Source: an uncultured Gammaproteobacteria bacterium
Lineage (GTDB): Bacteria; Patescibacteriota; Patescibacteriia; Patescibacteriales; UBA12465
NCBI GenBank assembly: GCA_964473565.1
Contig: CAYYPI010000005.1
Span: 1-52,859, forward strand
Direction of reading: 5' to 3'
DNA: 52,859 nt
Of the stretch, positions 1 to 10,335 are shown one piece after another (the stretch's first letter is position 1; every line of letters starts with the position of its first letter). A program made the position numbers and the translations under genes. The notes below the pieces were generated by a model. That model searched no databases. It was not told the origin of the DNA and saw nothing but the letters and a program-made list of their open reading frames with translations.

Positions 1-56
1 ATGAAATGATTAAAATACTTAATACTTAATCCGCCATATGTGTGTGCCTAAAACAA

Positions 57-1319
57 TTAATCTATTAATCCAATATAAGGAGTATCTTTTCTTTTTATAT
101 TTTTATCTACTACTCTACTTTTAGAACCAAGATTCATACTAGAAGCAAGGAATATAGAGTCATTGCCATAGTTTTTGTGTATCTTATCACAAGCAGAAAA
201 AAGCTTTTTTAATTTTTGTGTTTGCAGATGATTATAGAAAATATCAGACTGTCTACCACTAATATTTTTTAATTCTTTTAAAGTAACACCTGTAGCCCTA
301 TATTTTAAATAAGGTGAAAATAAGGATTTAAAATTATCAACTAAAACTTTTATTATTTCTATATCAATATTACTATGATTTTCTAACTTAATGTTAATTT
401 TTCGATACTTAAAATCACTTGTTTTTAGAAAAAAAGAAACACTACCAGCTTGTAAGTTATAGCTTCGTGCCTTGGCGCAGGCTTTTTCAATATTTTTAGA
501 AAACTGAGAAAAAATAAACTTAAAATCACCAGAATTTCTATCAAAAGTTTCAGATTTACCTATGCTTTGAAAAGTTTGTTTGGGCTTAGTTTTTAATTTA
601 TATAAATACTTTGTTTTTAACTCTTGATATATATCAAAGCAGGCTTTGTTAAAATTGTATTTTACAAAATCTTCACTCTTATTAACAAATCCCAAAGCAG
701 TATTTATTTTATATTTATGAAAAAGCTTAGCTAAGCTAGCACCAACGCCCCAAATATCTTCAACTTTTAATCTACTTAAATAATACTGTAAATTATCATT
801 ATTTATATTAACATAACCAGCAGGTTTATCCCAATCAGAAGCAATCTTGGCTAATGATTTATTATAAGAGAGACCGGCAGAAAAACTTAAATTAAGCTCT
901 TTTTCTAATTCATACTTTATTTTTAAAGCTAAGTCTTCATAACTTAAACCATAGACGCTATCTAGTCCACTAAGATCAACAAAACATTCATCTATACTAT
1001 ATCGCTCCACTTCCTCACTGTATCTCCTTAGAATTTCATACATACGTTTTGCAAACTTAAGATAGAGATTATAATTAGAATCTAAAACTATAGTTTGAGG
1101 AAATAATTTCTTAATCTCAGTTATTGACATTCCTCTTTTTACACCTAAAGCTTTAGCTTCATATGATAAAGCTGAAGCAATTTTTCTTTCTTTGCCAGTA
1201 ACCACTGCTTTATTATTTAAACTTGGGTTTAAAGCTCTTTCGCAAGAAACAAAAAAACAATCTCCATCAATGTGTAAAATTGCTTTCTTGTTTATATCAT
1301 TAAAACTCGTACTAAACAT
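57..1319 (-). CDS. dinB: Y-family DNA polymerase (Pol IV/DinB-like)
   Basis: ILHIDGDCFFVSCE, SYEAK, YSIDECFVD and KIASDWDKPAG Y-family motifs; QSDIF clamp-binding-like motif near the C-terminus. Confidence 0.9.
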   Translation of the reverse strand: MFSTSFNDINKKAILHIDGDCFFVSCERALNPSLNNKAVVTGKERKIASALSYEAKALGVKRGMSITEIKKLFPQTIVLDSNYNLYLKFAKRMYEILRRYSEEVERYSIDECFVDLSGLDSVYGLSYEDLALKIKYELEKELNLSFSAGLSYNKSLAKIASDWDKPAGYVNINNDNLQYYLSRLKVEDIWGVGASLAKLFHKYKINTALGFVNKSEDFVKYNFNKACFDIYQELKTKYLYKLKTKPKQTFQSIGKSETFDRNSGDFKFIFSQFSKNIEKACAKARSYNLQAGSVSFFLKTSDFKYRKINIKLENHSNIDIEIIKVLVDNFKSLFSPYLKYRATGVTLKELKNISGRQSDIFYNHLQTQKLKKLFSACDKIHKNYGNDSIFLASSMNLGSKSRVVDKNIKRKDTPYIGLID

Positions 1320-1330
1320 ATTATAATATT

Positions 1331-1900
1331 TTACTTATATTTCCTGATTACAGCTTTAACCACAGCAGCTATCTTTAAATCACTTTGTGGATATATATCT
1401 TTATATTTAGTATTAGCTGCCTGCAAATACACTTTAGTTCCCTTTTTTCTTAAATATTTCATAGTCCAATTATTATCAACCTCAGCAATTACAATGTCAT
1501 TCTCTTGAGCTTTAATACTCCTATCTACCAAAACCATATCTCCTGGTAAAATACCAGCATCTTTCATGGAGTAGCCGCTAACTTTAAGCATAAAGCTAGC
1601 TTCTTTATTTTTAATTAAATAATCATCAAGGCTTAATGATTCTAAGTTTTCTTGTTCAGCAGCACTAGGAAAACCAGCTTCTACCTCACCTAAAAGCTTA
1701 AGGTCATACAAAAAAGCATCCCCAGGAATCAAATTACCAGAACTATCTTTTTTTACTAATCCTTTTTTAATTAAAGTTTTAGCTAAATTAAAAGCTGAGC
1801 TCTTGGACTTATAGTTAAAAAGCTTAGCTAGTTCGCTATAAGACGGTAATCGTCTATGTTTTTGATAAAAATTTTCTAATTTATAAATATTTGTATTCAT
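1331..1900 (-). CDS. lexA: LexA repressor (N-terminal wHTH plus S24 peptidase)
   Basis: PSYSELAKLF HTH, VEAG-FP Ala-Gly cleavage site, GYSM catalytic Ser, TMK catalytic Lys. Confidence 0.88.
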   Translation of the reverse strand: MNTNIYKLENFYQKHRRLPSYSELAKLFNYKSKSSAFNLAKTLIKKGLVKKDSSGNLIPGDAFLYDLKLLGEVEAGFPSAAEQENLESLSLDDYLIKNKEASFMLKVSGYSMKDAGILPGDMVLVDRSIKAQENDIVIAEVDNNWTMKYLRKKGTKVYLQAANTKYKDIYPQSDLKIAAVVKAVIRKYK

Positions 1901-1932
1901 ATTTTTTCTTTCTATTTTTTCTCTCCATCTCT

Positions 1933-1961
1933 ATTATAAAGAACGTTCGTTCTTTTGTCAA
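1933..1961 (-). promoter_or_regulatory. Consensus sigma70 promoter of lexA-dinB with an SOS-like box (GAAC-N4-GTTC, 1941-1952) in the spacer
   Basis: Minus strand reads TTGACA (1961-1956), 17 bp, TATAAT (1938-1933); the spacer contains AAAGAACGAACGTTCTT. Confidence 0.85.
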
Positions 1962-1968
1962 AATAAAA

Positions 1969-1995
1969 TAAATACCCTTAATATTAGGGTATTTA
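1969..1995 (-). terminator. Intrinsic terminator insulating the lexA promoter
   Basis: TAAATACCCT-7 nt-AGGGTATTTA inverted repeat followed by a T-rich tract on the minus strand. Confidence 0.65.
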
Positions 1996-2044
1996 CTTAA
2001 ATTATAGATTAGACAAGTATTATATTTAGATAAGATAAAGTTTC

Positions 2045-2917
2045 TTAAATACTATACTTTTCAATAACCATTGAATCTAACATGTGATCAACTACATCCT
2101 GATAGCCCTCATCACCTGGATCAGCAGCAATGTAGCGTATTTCTAAAATAGTATCATCTTCAAGTGGTAAGAAAATATAAGTAGTTTCAGTACCGGCACT
2201 AATCAGAGAATAAGAATAACCAGAAATATCATTTAGGGTATATTCACTTATTTCATCAGCTACTGTAGCTATCTCATTTTCATCAAATCTAGTCTCTGTA
2301 TATTCTCTGATACTTAAATCATCTCTGTTAAGCACTCTATTAACAGTAAAGACTATACCATCATAGACTTCAGTTCCAAACCCTTGTGTATCTCCAAAGT
2401 AAAGGAAGCTTACACTACCATCTTGATTTTTCTCTATATTCATACTAGGAAGAAAATCAAAACCTACCTTAAAGTTTTTACTATAATAATACTTCCAGTC
2501 AATTTCAGATACATTAAGTTCCTTTACACTAGTATCTCTATCAATTTCACAAGTATAGGTACAAACTTCAATACAACCTTCAGCTTCAGGCCCACAAGCT
2601 GAGCCACATTCATTAAAAGTACCTCCTCTTCGTTGACAATCATCTCTTAATTCTTCAATGCCTAAGTCTGAATTTGAACCATAAACAATTTTATTACTAT
2701 AACTTGCTTTAATATCAATATTTTTATCTTCCCTACCTAAATTAGGATTACTATAAGTATCCTCATCTACAGGCATTGAATCTGGATCAATGTATTCTTC
2801 ATCTGTATATTCAGAAATTGCTAATTCATTAACATCCGGTATTGATTGATAAATGAATATCATAGCCGCTATAGCTATAATACCCACTATAATAATGTAT
2901 AAAGTGGATTTTTTCAT
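2045..2917 (-). CDS. Membrane-anchored acidic surface protein with a small six-Cys domain and a possible PsbP-like C-terminal domain
   Basis: N-terminal TM helix after MKKST (ATG 2917); CQRRGGTFNECGSACGPEAEGCIEVCTYTC segment. Confidence 0.6.
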   Translation of the reverse strand: MKKSTLYIIIVGIIAIAAMIFIYQSIPDVNELAISEYTDEEYIDPDSMPVDEDTYSNPNLGREDKNIDIKASYSNKIVYGSNSDLGIEELRDDCQRRGGTFNECGSACGPEAEGCIEVCTYTCEIDRDTSVKELNVSEIDWKYYYSKNFKVGFDFLPSMNIEKNQDGSVSFLYFGDTQGFGTEVYDGIVFTVNRVLNRDDLSIREYTETRFDENEIATVADEISEYTLNDISGYSYSLISAGTETTYIFLPLEDDTILEIRYIAADPGDEGYQDVVDHMLDSMVIEKYSI

Positions 2918-2944
2918 AAGACACAAATATTAAAATTAATTATA

Positions 2945-3283
2945 TTATTTATCAAGTAATGCCTCAAGAATCCATACTATAATAGAAAGTATGATACTAA
3001 ATATAAGTGCAATCCAAAAACTAGAAATAATAAAGCCAGGAATAATAGCTGCTACAAGAAGTACCATTAAAGCGTTAATAACTAGAGTGAAAAGGCCTAA
3101 GGTCAAGATGTTGATAGGCAGTGTTAGAACTAGCAATAAAGGACGGATAACTGCATTAACTACACCTAAAACTAAAGCTACTAAAAGTCCAGCCCAAAAA
3201 CCACTAACACTAGCTCCTGGTATAAGCCAAGCGCTAATAAAGATAGCAGCCGTACTAATTAACCAAGTAATGAGTAGTTTCAT
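2945..3283 (-). CDS. Four-TM membrane protein, YvlD/phage holin 4_2 family
   Basis: NAVIRPLLLVLTLPINILTLGLFTLVINA family signature. Confidence 0.85.
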   Translation of the reverse strand: MKLLITWLISTAAIFISAWLIPGASVSGFWAGLLVALVLGVVNAVIRPLLLVLTLPINILTLGLFTLVINALMVLLVAAIIPGFIISSFWIALIFSIILSIIVWILEALLDK

Positions 3284-3323
3284 GTGTTTATTGTTATTTA
3301 ATAATAAAATTAATTACCTAAGA

Positions 3324-3857
3324 TTAGTTACTTGAACTTAAAGTAACAGGTATACTATAAGTCATTAGATTCTCTGGTAGTCCTGATGGATTAGCTGACT
3401 CAAGTATTAACAAAGCTTCAGTTTCTTCTTCAATTTCATACTCAATATTACCGCTAAAATCTACAGGTTCTTCAGTCATCCAATCACCTAAAGCAGTGAC
3501 ATAAGAATCGGCTATAATTCCAGCATTTTCCCTATCTATTAACTTAACTGTAAAAGTTCCTTCAAAATACCAAGGGCCAGTAGCTTCACCTTCTATATTG
3601 ACTGGGCTACTAAGAGTTTCATTTTCTTGTGGGGCTTCCAAGCTTAAACCTTCGTCATTTTCATAATTTAACATATCTTCCTGATTTTCATTATCTAAAT
3701 TTTCATTATTAGTAGTTTCATTTAAAACAACATCATTATTTTGACTTACGGTATTGTTTATTTGTTTATTATTCTTTACAAAAAACCAAATTAAAATTAT
3801 AGTTAAGAATAACACAAGAATAATTATAAGAGATTTTGTGGATTTATTGTTTTTCAT
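3324..3857 (-). CDS. Membrane-anchored Gmad2-type immunoglobulin-like domain protein
   Basis: N-terminal TM, Asn-rich linker, SPVNIEGEATGPWYFEGTF and NPSGLPEN motifs. Confidence 0.7.
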   Translation of the reverse strand: MKNNKSTKSLIIILVLFLTIILIWFFVKNNKQINNTVSQNNDVVLNETTNNENLDNENQEDMLNYENDEGLSLEAPQENETLSSPVNIEGEATGPWYFEGTFTVKLIDRENAGIIADSYVTALGDWMTEEPVDFSGNIEYEIEEETEALLILESANPSGLPENLMTYSIPVTLSSSN

Positions 3858-3956
3858 ATATTTTTCTTGTTAATTATTAATATAAATTATATTATACATC
3901 ATTAAAGTACTTTTTTCAAGGATTATTAAGAATTTAAATTCAAAATACTATATATT

Positions 3957-4592
3957 ATGCATAAATTAATTTATGAAAAGAATCTATTTAAACAAGGCTA
4001 CAAGTATATTGCCGGAGTAGATGAGGTGGGTAGAGGGCCTTTAGCTGGACCAGTTGTTTCTGCTTCTGTATTAATTGATATTAATTTTTTAAATAATATC
4101 AAGAATTTAAAGGGCTTAAATGACTCTAAAAAAACAAGCTTGGAAGACAGAGAGAGGATATTTTCTATAATTCATGAAAACGTCATATCAGTGGGAATTG
4201 GTGTTTGTAACCCTAAAACTATAGATAAGATTAACATCTTACAGGCGTCACTGTTATCATCTAATAAAGCGGTACTTAATTTAAAAACTAAGCCAGATAT
4301 CGTTTTAGTAGATGGTAATTATAAAATTCCAAAACTAGACTATCCTCAAGAAGCTATTGTACAAGGAGATGCTAAAATAGCAATAATTGCTTTAGCTTCT
4401 GTAATTGCTAAAGTCTATAGAGATAAGTTAATGACAAAACTTGCATATAAATATCCTGGTTATGACTTTGAAAAAAATAAAGGTTACGGCACGCTCTATC
4501 ATAGAAAAAAAATAACTGAACTTGGACCATGCGCAATACACAGGCGCAGTTTTGCTCCACTAAAAAATGAAAAAAGTGATCTTATTCTTTAA
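3957..4592 (+). CDS. rnhB: Ribonuclease HII
   Basis: GVDEVGRGPLAGPV, DSKK, VDGN, ASVIAKVYRD, KGYGT, HRRSF. Confidence 0.96.
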   Translation: MHKLIYEKNLFKQGYKYIAGVDEVGRGPLAGPVVSASVLIDINFLNNIKNLKGLNDSKKTSLEDRERIFSIIHENVISVGIGVCNPKTIDKINILQASLLSSNKAVLNLKTKPDIVLVDGNYKIPKLDYPQEAIVQGDAKIAIIALASVIAKVYRDKLMTKLAYKYPGYDFEKNKGYGTLYHRKKITELGPCAIHRRSFAPLKNEKSDLIL

Positions 4593-5673
4593 TTTTCATC
4601 CTTTTTTCTTGCAAATAAGACATTAAACGTTGGTAATATTCTAGATTATTAAGGCTAGCCATTTTTTGACCTAAGGCTTCATTTAATTTGAAAAGGTGAC
4701 TTAAATAAGCAAAGCTATTTTCTCTAAGCAATTTTATATCACTAGTTTTATTAATAACTGAAAAATTATTTAAATACTTTGAATTAGAAATATTGATAAC
4801 TTTTGGTTTTAAAATATTTTTAGTAGGTAGAAAAAGTCTTCCATGCCTTGCTTCCCTAGTTGGTATTACGCAATCAAATATTTCCCAGCCCATTTTTTCA
4901 CATAAATAAATATGTTCAATAGTGCCTATACCCAAAGCAAATTTTAAATACTTATCATCAATCAGCTCTGCTGTCTCTTTTAAGATTTTAGTTAAGAAAA
5001 CACCTTTTTCATCAACTGGTCTGGCTCCAAAACCAAAACCATCAAAACCAATTTTCTCTAAATCTTTATATGACTTGGTACGCAAATCCATGTATTTACC
5101 ACCTTGAATAACTGCAAAAAGGAGCGGTCTTTGGCTTTTCTTAATCTTTCTCTTTTTAATTTGTTTCTCATATTCAATTTTACACCTTTTTGCCCAGGCT
5201 GTGGTTCTTTCAATAGATTTTTTTAAATCTTTTTTACTCATACTATAGGGAGGGCAATCATCCAAGCAAACCATCATATCTGTACCTAAATCAAACTGAA
5301 TCTGAATTGATTTTTCTGGACTTAGCTCATGCCAAGAACCATTTAAAGGAGATTTAAATACAACTTTATCTTCATATATTTTTCCCATTTTAGGATTTTT
5401 GTGTATTAATGAAAATACTTGAAAGCCACCGCTATCAGAAAGAAGGAAACCAGGATAATTCATAAACTTATGAATACCTCCAGCCTTTTTAATAATATCT
5501 ACACCAGGCTGTAAATAAAGATGAAAAGTATTTACCACCATAGCCTTAGTTTTTGTCTTTAAAATATCCTCATTACTCAAGCTCTTCAAAAAACCCCTAG
5601 TAGCATCAGGCATGAAAAAAGGGGTTTTTATTTTCTTGTTTTTATATTTAATTTCTTTGATTTTTTGAGTCAT
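4582..5673 (-). CDS. tgt: tRNA-guanine transglycosylase (queuine tRNA-ribosyltransferase family)
   Basis: TPFFMP, NTFHL, DSGGFQVFSL, IQGG, FDCVIPTREARHG. Confidence 0.9.
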   Translation of the reverse strand: MTQKIKEIKYKNKKIKTPFFMPDATRGFLKSLSNEDILKTKTKAMVVNTFHLYLQPGVDIIKKAGGIHKFMNYPGFLLSDSGGFQVFSLIHKNPKMGKIYEDKVVFKSPLNGSWHELSPEKSIQIQFDLGTDMMVCLDDCPPYSMSKKDLKKSIERTTAWAKRCKIEYEKQIKKRKIKKSQRPLLFAVIQGGKYMDLRTKSYKDLEKIGFDGFGFGARPVDEKGVFLTKILKETAELIDDKYLKFALGIGTIEHIYLCEKMGWEIFDCVIPTREARHGRLFLPTKNILKPKVINISNSKYLNNFSVINKTSDIKLLRENSFAYLSHLFKLNEALGQKMASLNNLEYYQRLMSYLQEKRMKIKE

Positions 5674-5678
5674 AATAA

Positions 5679-7685
5679 TTAGGGAGCAATTCTACCATCA
5701 CTACTTAAATTAGCAATCTCATCTTCTTCTAATTTAGAGGTCGTGGCTGGAGATTTAATGTTTAAAGTATCACCAGTAACAGTGTCTGTAGCAGTTATAG
5801 TGGCTCCAGGACTGATGATTAATATTTTATTCTCATCCTCATCTCTAGGCTCAACACTTATTTCAAACTCGGCAATGAGATTGTGCTGCGTAGTGCTTAA
5901 ATAATCTATATTCCAAATAATTTCTCTAGTTTGTGTATTAAAACTTAATTTTCCAGTATCAACACTTTTAACTCCTTCGTATTCAACATAATTAGGCAAT
6001 TCCAGCTCTACTAGAAGATCCTCTAAATCGTGTAAATTATTATTAATTTGCCAATAAACTCTAAAAATGGTTGTTTCATTAACTTCAGGCGGTAGAGGTC
6101 CACTACCTACTGGAATATTTTCTTCATTAAAGTATAAAATAGTTTCTTCTAAATTCAAATCTGAATTAAGTTGATTTATAACTTCATTACTACGATTATC
6201 TTCTTCATCATTAAATTCCTCATTTTCTTTCATAGAAAACTGAGCATAACTAATAATTTCTAAGTCTTGACCGATATAGGATTCTTGAAATTCTTTAACA
6301 GGCAAAATAATATCAATAGTTCCTGATTCTTCAGGCTTGATTTCAGCTAAATTAGGAATTTTCTCCTTTGACCATGCAATAGTATTAGCTCCTATAACAC
6401 CATTGTTTTCATCTTCTATATTTTCAAAATCAACTAAATCACTATCAACTACTAACATAATAGTTAAATCTTCTATAGCAAGCTCACCTTTATTTTGATA
6501 ACTTAAAGTATAATTTAAATTCTCTCCAAAATTAACTGGTTCCCCATTTTTAGAATCATTAATCATTAAACTTAAGTTTAAATCTGATTTCATGATTTTT
6601 AAATCGATGTCTCTATTTAAAAATATATATTCTTTATTATTAACATTTTGAACAAATGAAAACTTTATTTTTTCCTCATCATTTATTTTTTCATTTACAC
6701 GATATCTAAATTTTAATTCTTGAGCACTAAAATTTCTATCAAAACCACTAATACGATAAGTGTTTCTCTCATGAGAAATTATTTCTAAATCAGATTCTTC
6801 CCCCTCCCCTTCTTCAGGTAATAAAATATCAATGTTTTCTGAACTCTCTATTTTTAAATCAAAACTATTAATATAATTTTTTTCCTCTTGTGCAAATAAA
6901 ATTGAAACTTCGTGAGTCTCACCCACTAAAGCTGTGCTTAAATAATCAAGATCAACATTAAAACCATTACTTTCAATTAGAGTATTCATATCTACTATTT
7001 CTTGAAATTGACTAGAAAAATTACCTGGCATGTATGTTAAAATAGCCTGACTTAAATTAGGACTACCAGAAGGTCCAATTATCATTGCTAATATATCAAC
7101 TTGAAGTCTTTCTTTAGGCTCCAGACTTCCCAAATACCAGGAATTATTGGCACTGTCAGTAGGTATGGAACTATCAATGAAAATAAGGTTGTCAGCATAA
7201 TTCATATCAAGCTGCATATCAAGAATCTCAGTATCACTTGCATTAAAGACCTCAACAGTATAGGTAAATTCTTCACCAGCAACAACTGACTCTGGTCCAT
7301 TAATTCGCAAATCAATATTTTTTGATTCACGATTTGATTCATAAAAATACCAATAAGCAAAATATGCTAATACAAAAATAAAGGCTAGTATAAAAATAAA
7401 TTGAATAAGCTTAAACCACCAAGTTTTTTTAGCCTTAATCTTTAACTTGCTAACATCCACCATCTGTCCTTGCTTATCTTTATATATATCACTTAGATTT
7501 TTCTCTATTTCCTCACTACGTCCACTTTCTTTAACACTATCTTCAAAATCATTAAGCTCTTCTTGACTAGGTAATGGACGTTTAATAAAATCAGATAAAC
7601 TAGATTTCTTCTCCGTTCTTACCTTAATTTTTTTCTCATTAATATTATTATCCTCTTGCTTAGAGTTATTATTTTTATTAGTCAT
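5679..7685 (-). CDS. Single-pass membrane protein with repeated Ig-like (DUF11-like) extracellular domains
   Basis: One TM near aa 90-115; repeated GEEFTYTV/GENLNYTL beta motifs; GPLPP motif. Confidence 0.65.
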   Translation of the reverse strand: MTNKNNNSKQEDNNINEKKIKVRTEKKSSLSDFIKRPLPSQEELNDFEDSVKESGRSEEIEKNLSDIYKDKQGQMVDVSKLKIKAKKTWWFKLIQFIFILAFIFVLAYFAYWYFYESNRESKNIDLRINGPESVVAGEEFTYTVEVFNASDTEILDMQLDMNYADNLIFIDSSIPTDSANNSWYLGSLEPKERLQVDILAMIIGPSGSPNLSQAILTYMPGNFSSQFQEIVDMNTLIESNGFNVDLDYLSTALVGETHEVSILFAQEEKNYINSFDLKIESSENIDILLPEEGEGEESDLEIISHERNTYRISGFDRNFSAQELKFRYRVNEKINDEEKIKFSFVQNVNNKEYIFLNRDIDLKIMKSDLNLSLMINDSKNGEPVNFGENLNYTLSYQNKGELAIEDLTIMLVVDSDLVDFENIEDENNGVIGANTIAWSKEKIPNLAEIKPEESGTIDIILPVKEFQESYIGQDLEIISYAQFSMKENEEFNDEEDNRSNEVINQLNSDLNLEETILYFNEENIPVGSGPLPPEVNETTIFRVYWQINNNLHDLEDLLVELELPNYVEYEGVKSVDTGKLSFNTQTREIIWNIDYLSTTQHNLIAEFEISVEPRDEDENKILIISPGATITATDTVTGDTLNIKSPATTSKLEEDEIANLSSDGRIAP

Positions 7686-7686
7686 A

Positions 7687-10329
7687 TTATTTATCTATAC
7701 TTATTTGTTGCCATAAAGCACCAAAATATTTATCAGTTTCTAAACTGGAAATAATATTCCAGCCATTATTTTGTATATTTTCTATATTTTCAGATGACCA
7801 TAAAACTTTATAATCATCATTATTAATTTTTAAATGTGAAACTATAGTACTGTTTACTGAACCGGGCTGTTTTTGTACCAATAAAGAATATGGTGTTAAG
7901 CTTGGAGTCTTTCCTAATACTCTATGCTTTATATCATCAAACCAATCATAGTCTGGCTCAATAGTGTTAAAATTAAAGGGCAACTTATATTTTAAAGTAA
8001 TCTCTACGGTTTCACCTGGATCAACCATTGACCAATTCGCAAAGACAGTTTTGTTAAATTCTTGATAAATTTTAGTTTTAGTAACTGGATCTATCAAAGC
8101 TTGTCGCTCAGCTTCTAAACTATCTAATTTTTTAGCATGATCTTCTGGGTAGGAAAAATATTCTCTATCAGGCGTCTTAAAGCCTGAAGTTGAAATAAGG
8201 GTTGAACCTTTAGGAACATAGACTCTCATCCAATTAACATTACGCACACCTGTAAACTCCTGTCGTTTAATACCTTGATGACTACGAACAATCTTTACCG
8301 TATTAATAATAGAACCATCTTCTTGAATTTGACTATAATGTGCAATATCTTGTTTTATGGCCCTGTCTGTTTTTTGACCAGCAATATTTGTATTAATTAC
8401 TGACAGATAATCATATTGGCTATCTCTAACCCTTCCTGCCCATGAATTTTTTTCTGCTAATTCTTGCATGTCATTGTCATTAAAGTACAACAAGGCGTGC
8501 TTCTCTTGAAGATTATTTTGAATACTAGCAATCATAGCTATTAATGACTCTGCGCTAATTCTTTCAGGCAACTCTTTTAATAACTTATCTAAAATGTCAC
8601 CAATTATTTTCTTTGGTTCTTTATTTTGCTCTTCAATAAGTTCACCATCAGCTGTAGTTTTAAGCACTGTTTTTTCTTCTACAATTGGCTGTACTGTTTC
8701 CCAGAAATTCTCATGACTAATAACCACACCATACTCATCTGTCATATCAATTGGGCCTAAAATCTTTAATAAATCTTCAATTACAACAGGGGTAAAAGAG
8801 ATTACACCATCAACTGTAGGGCCATCACTTTTTTCATAAAACCAACTTATATTCTCAGCTGATTTTTTCCAATCAGGCCACCAGTTTGAATCCCAAAAAT
8901 ACCATCTAGGACTAATTAACCACATAGGTTCAGGGGATTCTATATTTAAATTCATACCTGCTTCAGTATCATAAGTACCACCTTTAGGGACCTCTAAGTT
9001 TTTAATTTTTCCATTACTAAAATCAATTAAAGCGTAGCTACCCATAAAGCCACCACTGGCTCTGAGCTCACTATTATTTTGAAAAATAAACAAATACCTT
9101 TTATCTGAATCTATTCCTAGAAAAGGTTTTAGGGTTTCAGCTAGAATAACAGATTCATTTAAACCTTCTGATAATATTTTTGAGGCCTCTTTTATCTGAG
9201 TAAATTCGCTTTGATAATTAGCTGGCAATAAACTGATATTAATTTCATCTAAGGTTTGACTCAGTGAGCTAGCAGAAGCAGATGCTTTTTTACTATGAAC
9301 TAGAAAATTCTCTAAATTTGAAGCTAAATTACTATTTTCATTATTATTCAAAAAACTATCAACAGCTAAACCTAATTCCTTTCCTGTTTGAGATATCTGT
9401 AAGCCAGCCTCTAAAAATAAAGGTCCTTGCGAAGCCATTTGATGTTTAGGATTTTTTGACAATGCTGCTAAATCAAATATAAATTTATCAATACTTTCTA
9501 TTTCGGCTTGTGCTGCTAAAAACTCATCTCCAGCTAAAGAAAAATAATTACTAGCATCGTTCATTTCCAAGGTCTTAGCTTTATCTGAGGCTAACATTAA
9601 ACTTTCCATAGCTGATTGTGAATGTAGATTTAATTTACTTTCTAAAACATTAAAATTAAAAACATTGTAATAACTTAAAACTTTAAAAGGTAGTATTAAA
9701 ATTAATAATACAAATATAAAACCAAAAATAGCCTTTAAACCACTCACTTCTTTAAGTTTATTTATACCTATAAAATCATTTTCTGGTTTTTCAATTTCTT
9801 CTTTGCTTTTTTGCAAAGGAAAAGGATTTTTTAGATCTTTATCCGGCCACTTAACTACAGTAGCAGTATCAAATTTGTTTTTTTTCTTTCTTTTCTTTTT
9901 AAATTTTAGCTTATATAATAATGATTTCCTTCTATTTAATTTCTTTTTAATTTTCTTATATATCCAATAGTGAAAGTAATTTCTTTTCTTTTTTTTAAAT
10001 ATTGGTTCAATAATTTGTTTGTGTATTTTATATGGCACTCTCAAGATAGCAACTATTAGTTTAATTAATTTCAGAAATGTCAAAACTAAGGGCCAGAGTA
10101 ATAAATTTTTAAAGTAATACTTTCTAAATCTTGGTAACTTGAACTTTAATGATAATCTTTTTTTCTTTTTCTTATCATCTTTATTATCACTCTTATGTAT
10201 TACGTTGCTGTTAATCTTTTCTAGTTTAGATTCTGAAATTTTCTTTAAATCAACAACAAAACTAGACATGTCTTGCCAATTATTTTGATTGTTTATATTC
10301 AATTGATATTTTCTTTTTTTTCTTGGCAT
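7687..10329 (-). CDS. DUF4012-domain membrane protein
   Basis: YLFIFQNNSELRASGGFMGSY, DSNWWPDW, VDGVI and KQPG motifs; Lys-rich N-terminus. Confidence 0.8.
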   Translation of the reverse strand: MPRKKRKYQLNINNQNNWQDMSSFVVDLKKISESKLEKINSNVIHKSDNKDDKKKKKRLSLKFKLPRFRKYYFKNLLLWPLVLTFLKLIKLIVAILRVPYKIHKQIIEPIFKKKKRNYFHYWIYKKIKKKLNRRKSLLYKLKFKKKRKKKNKFDTATVVKWPDKDLKNPFPLQKSKEEIEKPENDFIGINKLKEVSGLKAIFGFIFVLLILILPFKVLSYYNVFNFNVLESKLNLHSQSAMESLMLASDKAKTLEMNDASNYFSLAGDEFLAAQAEIESIDKFIFDLAALSKNPKHQMASQGPLFLEAGLQISQTGKELGLAVDSFLNNNENSNLASNLENFLVHSKKASASASSLSQTLDEINISLLPANYQSEFTQIKEASKILSEGLNESVILAETLKPFLGIDSDKRYLFIFQNNSELRASGGFMGSYALIDFSNGKIKNLEVPKGGTYDTEAGMNLNIESPEPMWLISPRWYFWDSNWWPDWKKSAENISWFYEKSDGPTVDGVISFTPVVIEDLLKILGPIDMTDEYGVVISHENFWETVQPIVEEKTVLKTTADGELIEEQNKEPKKIIGDILDKLLKELPERISAESLIAMIASIQNNLQEKHALLYFNDNDMQELAEKNSWAGRVRDSQYDYLSVINTNIAGQKTDRAIKQDIAHYSQIQEDGSIINTVKIVRSHQGIKRQEFTGVRNVNWMRVYVPKGSTLISTSGFKTPDREYFSYPEDHAKKLDSLEAERQALIDPVTKTKIYQEFNKTVFANWSMVDPGETVEITLKYKLPFNFNTIEPDYDWFDDIKHRVLGKTPSLTPYSLLVQKQPGSVNSTIVSHLKINNDDYKVLWSSENIENIQNNGWNIISSLETDKYFGALWQQISIDK

Positions 10330-10335
10330 GTAGAT

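Noticed and set aside
2945-3283. Holin-family gene as evidence of a prophage
   Set aside because: This family is common in chromosomes and there are no phage genes nearby
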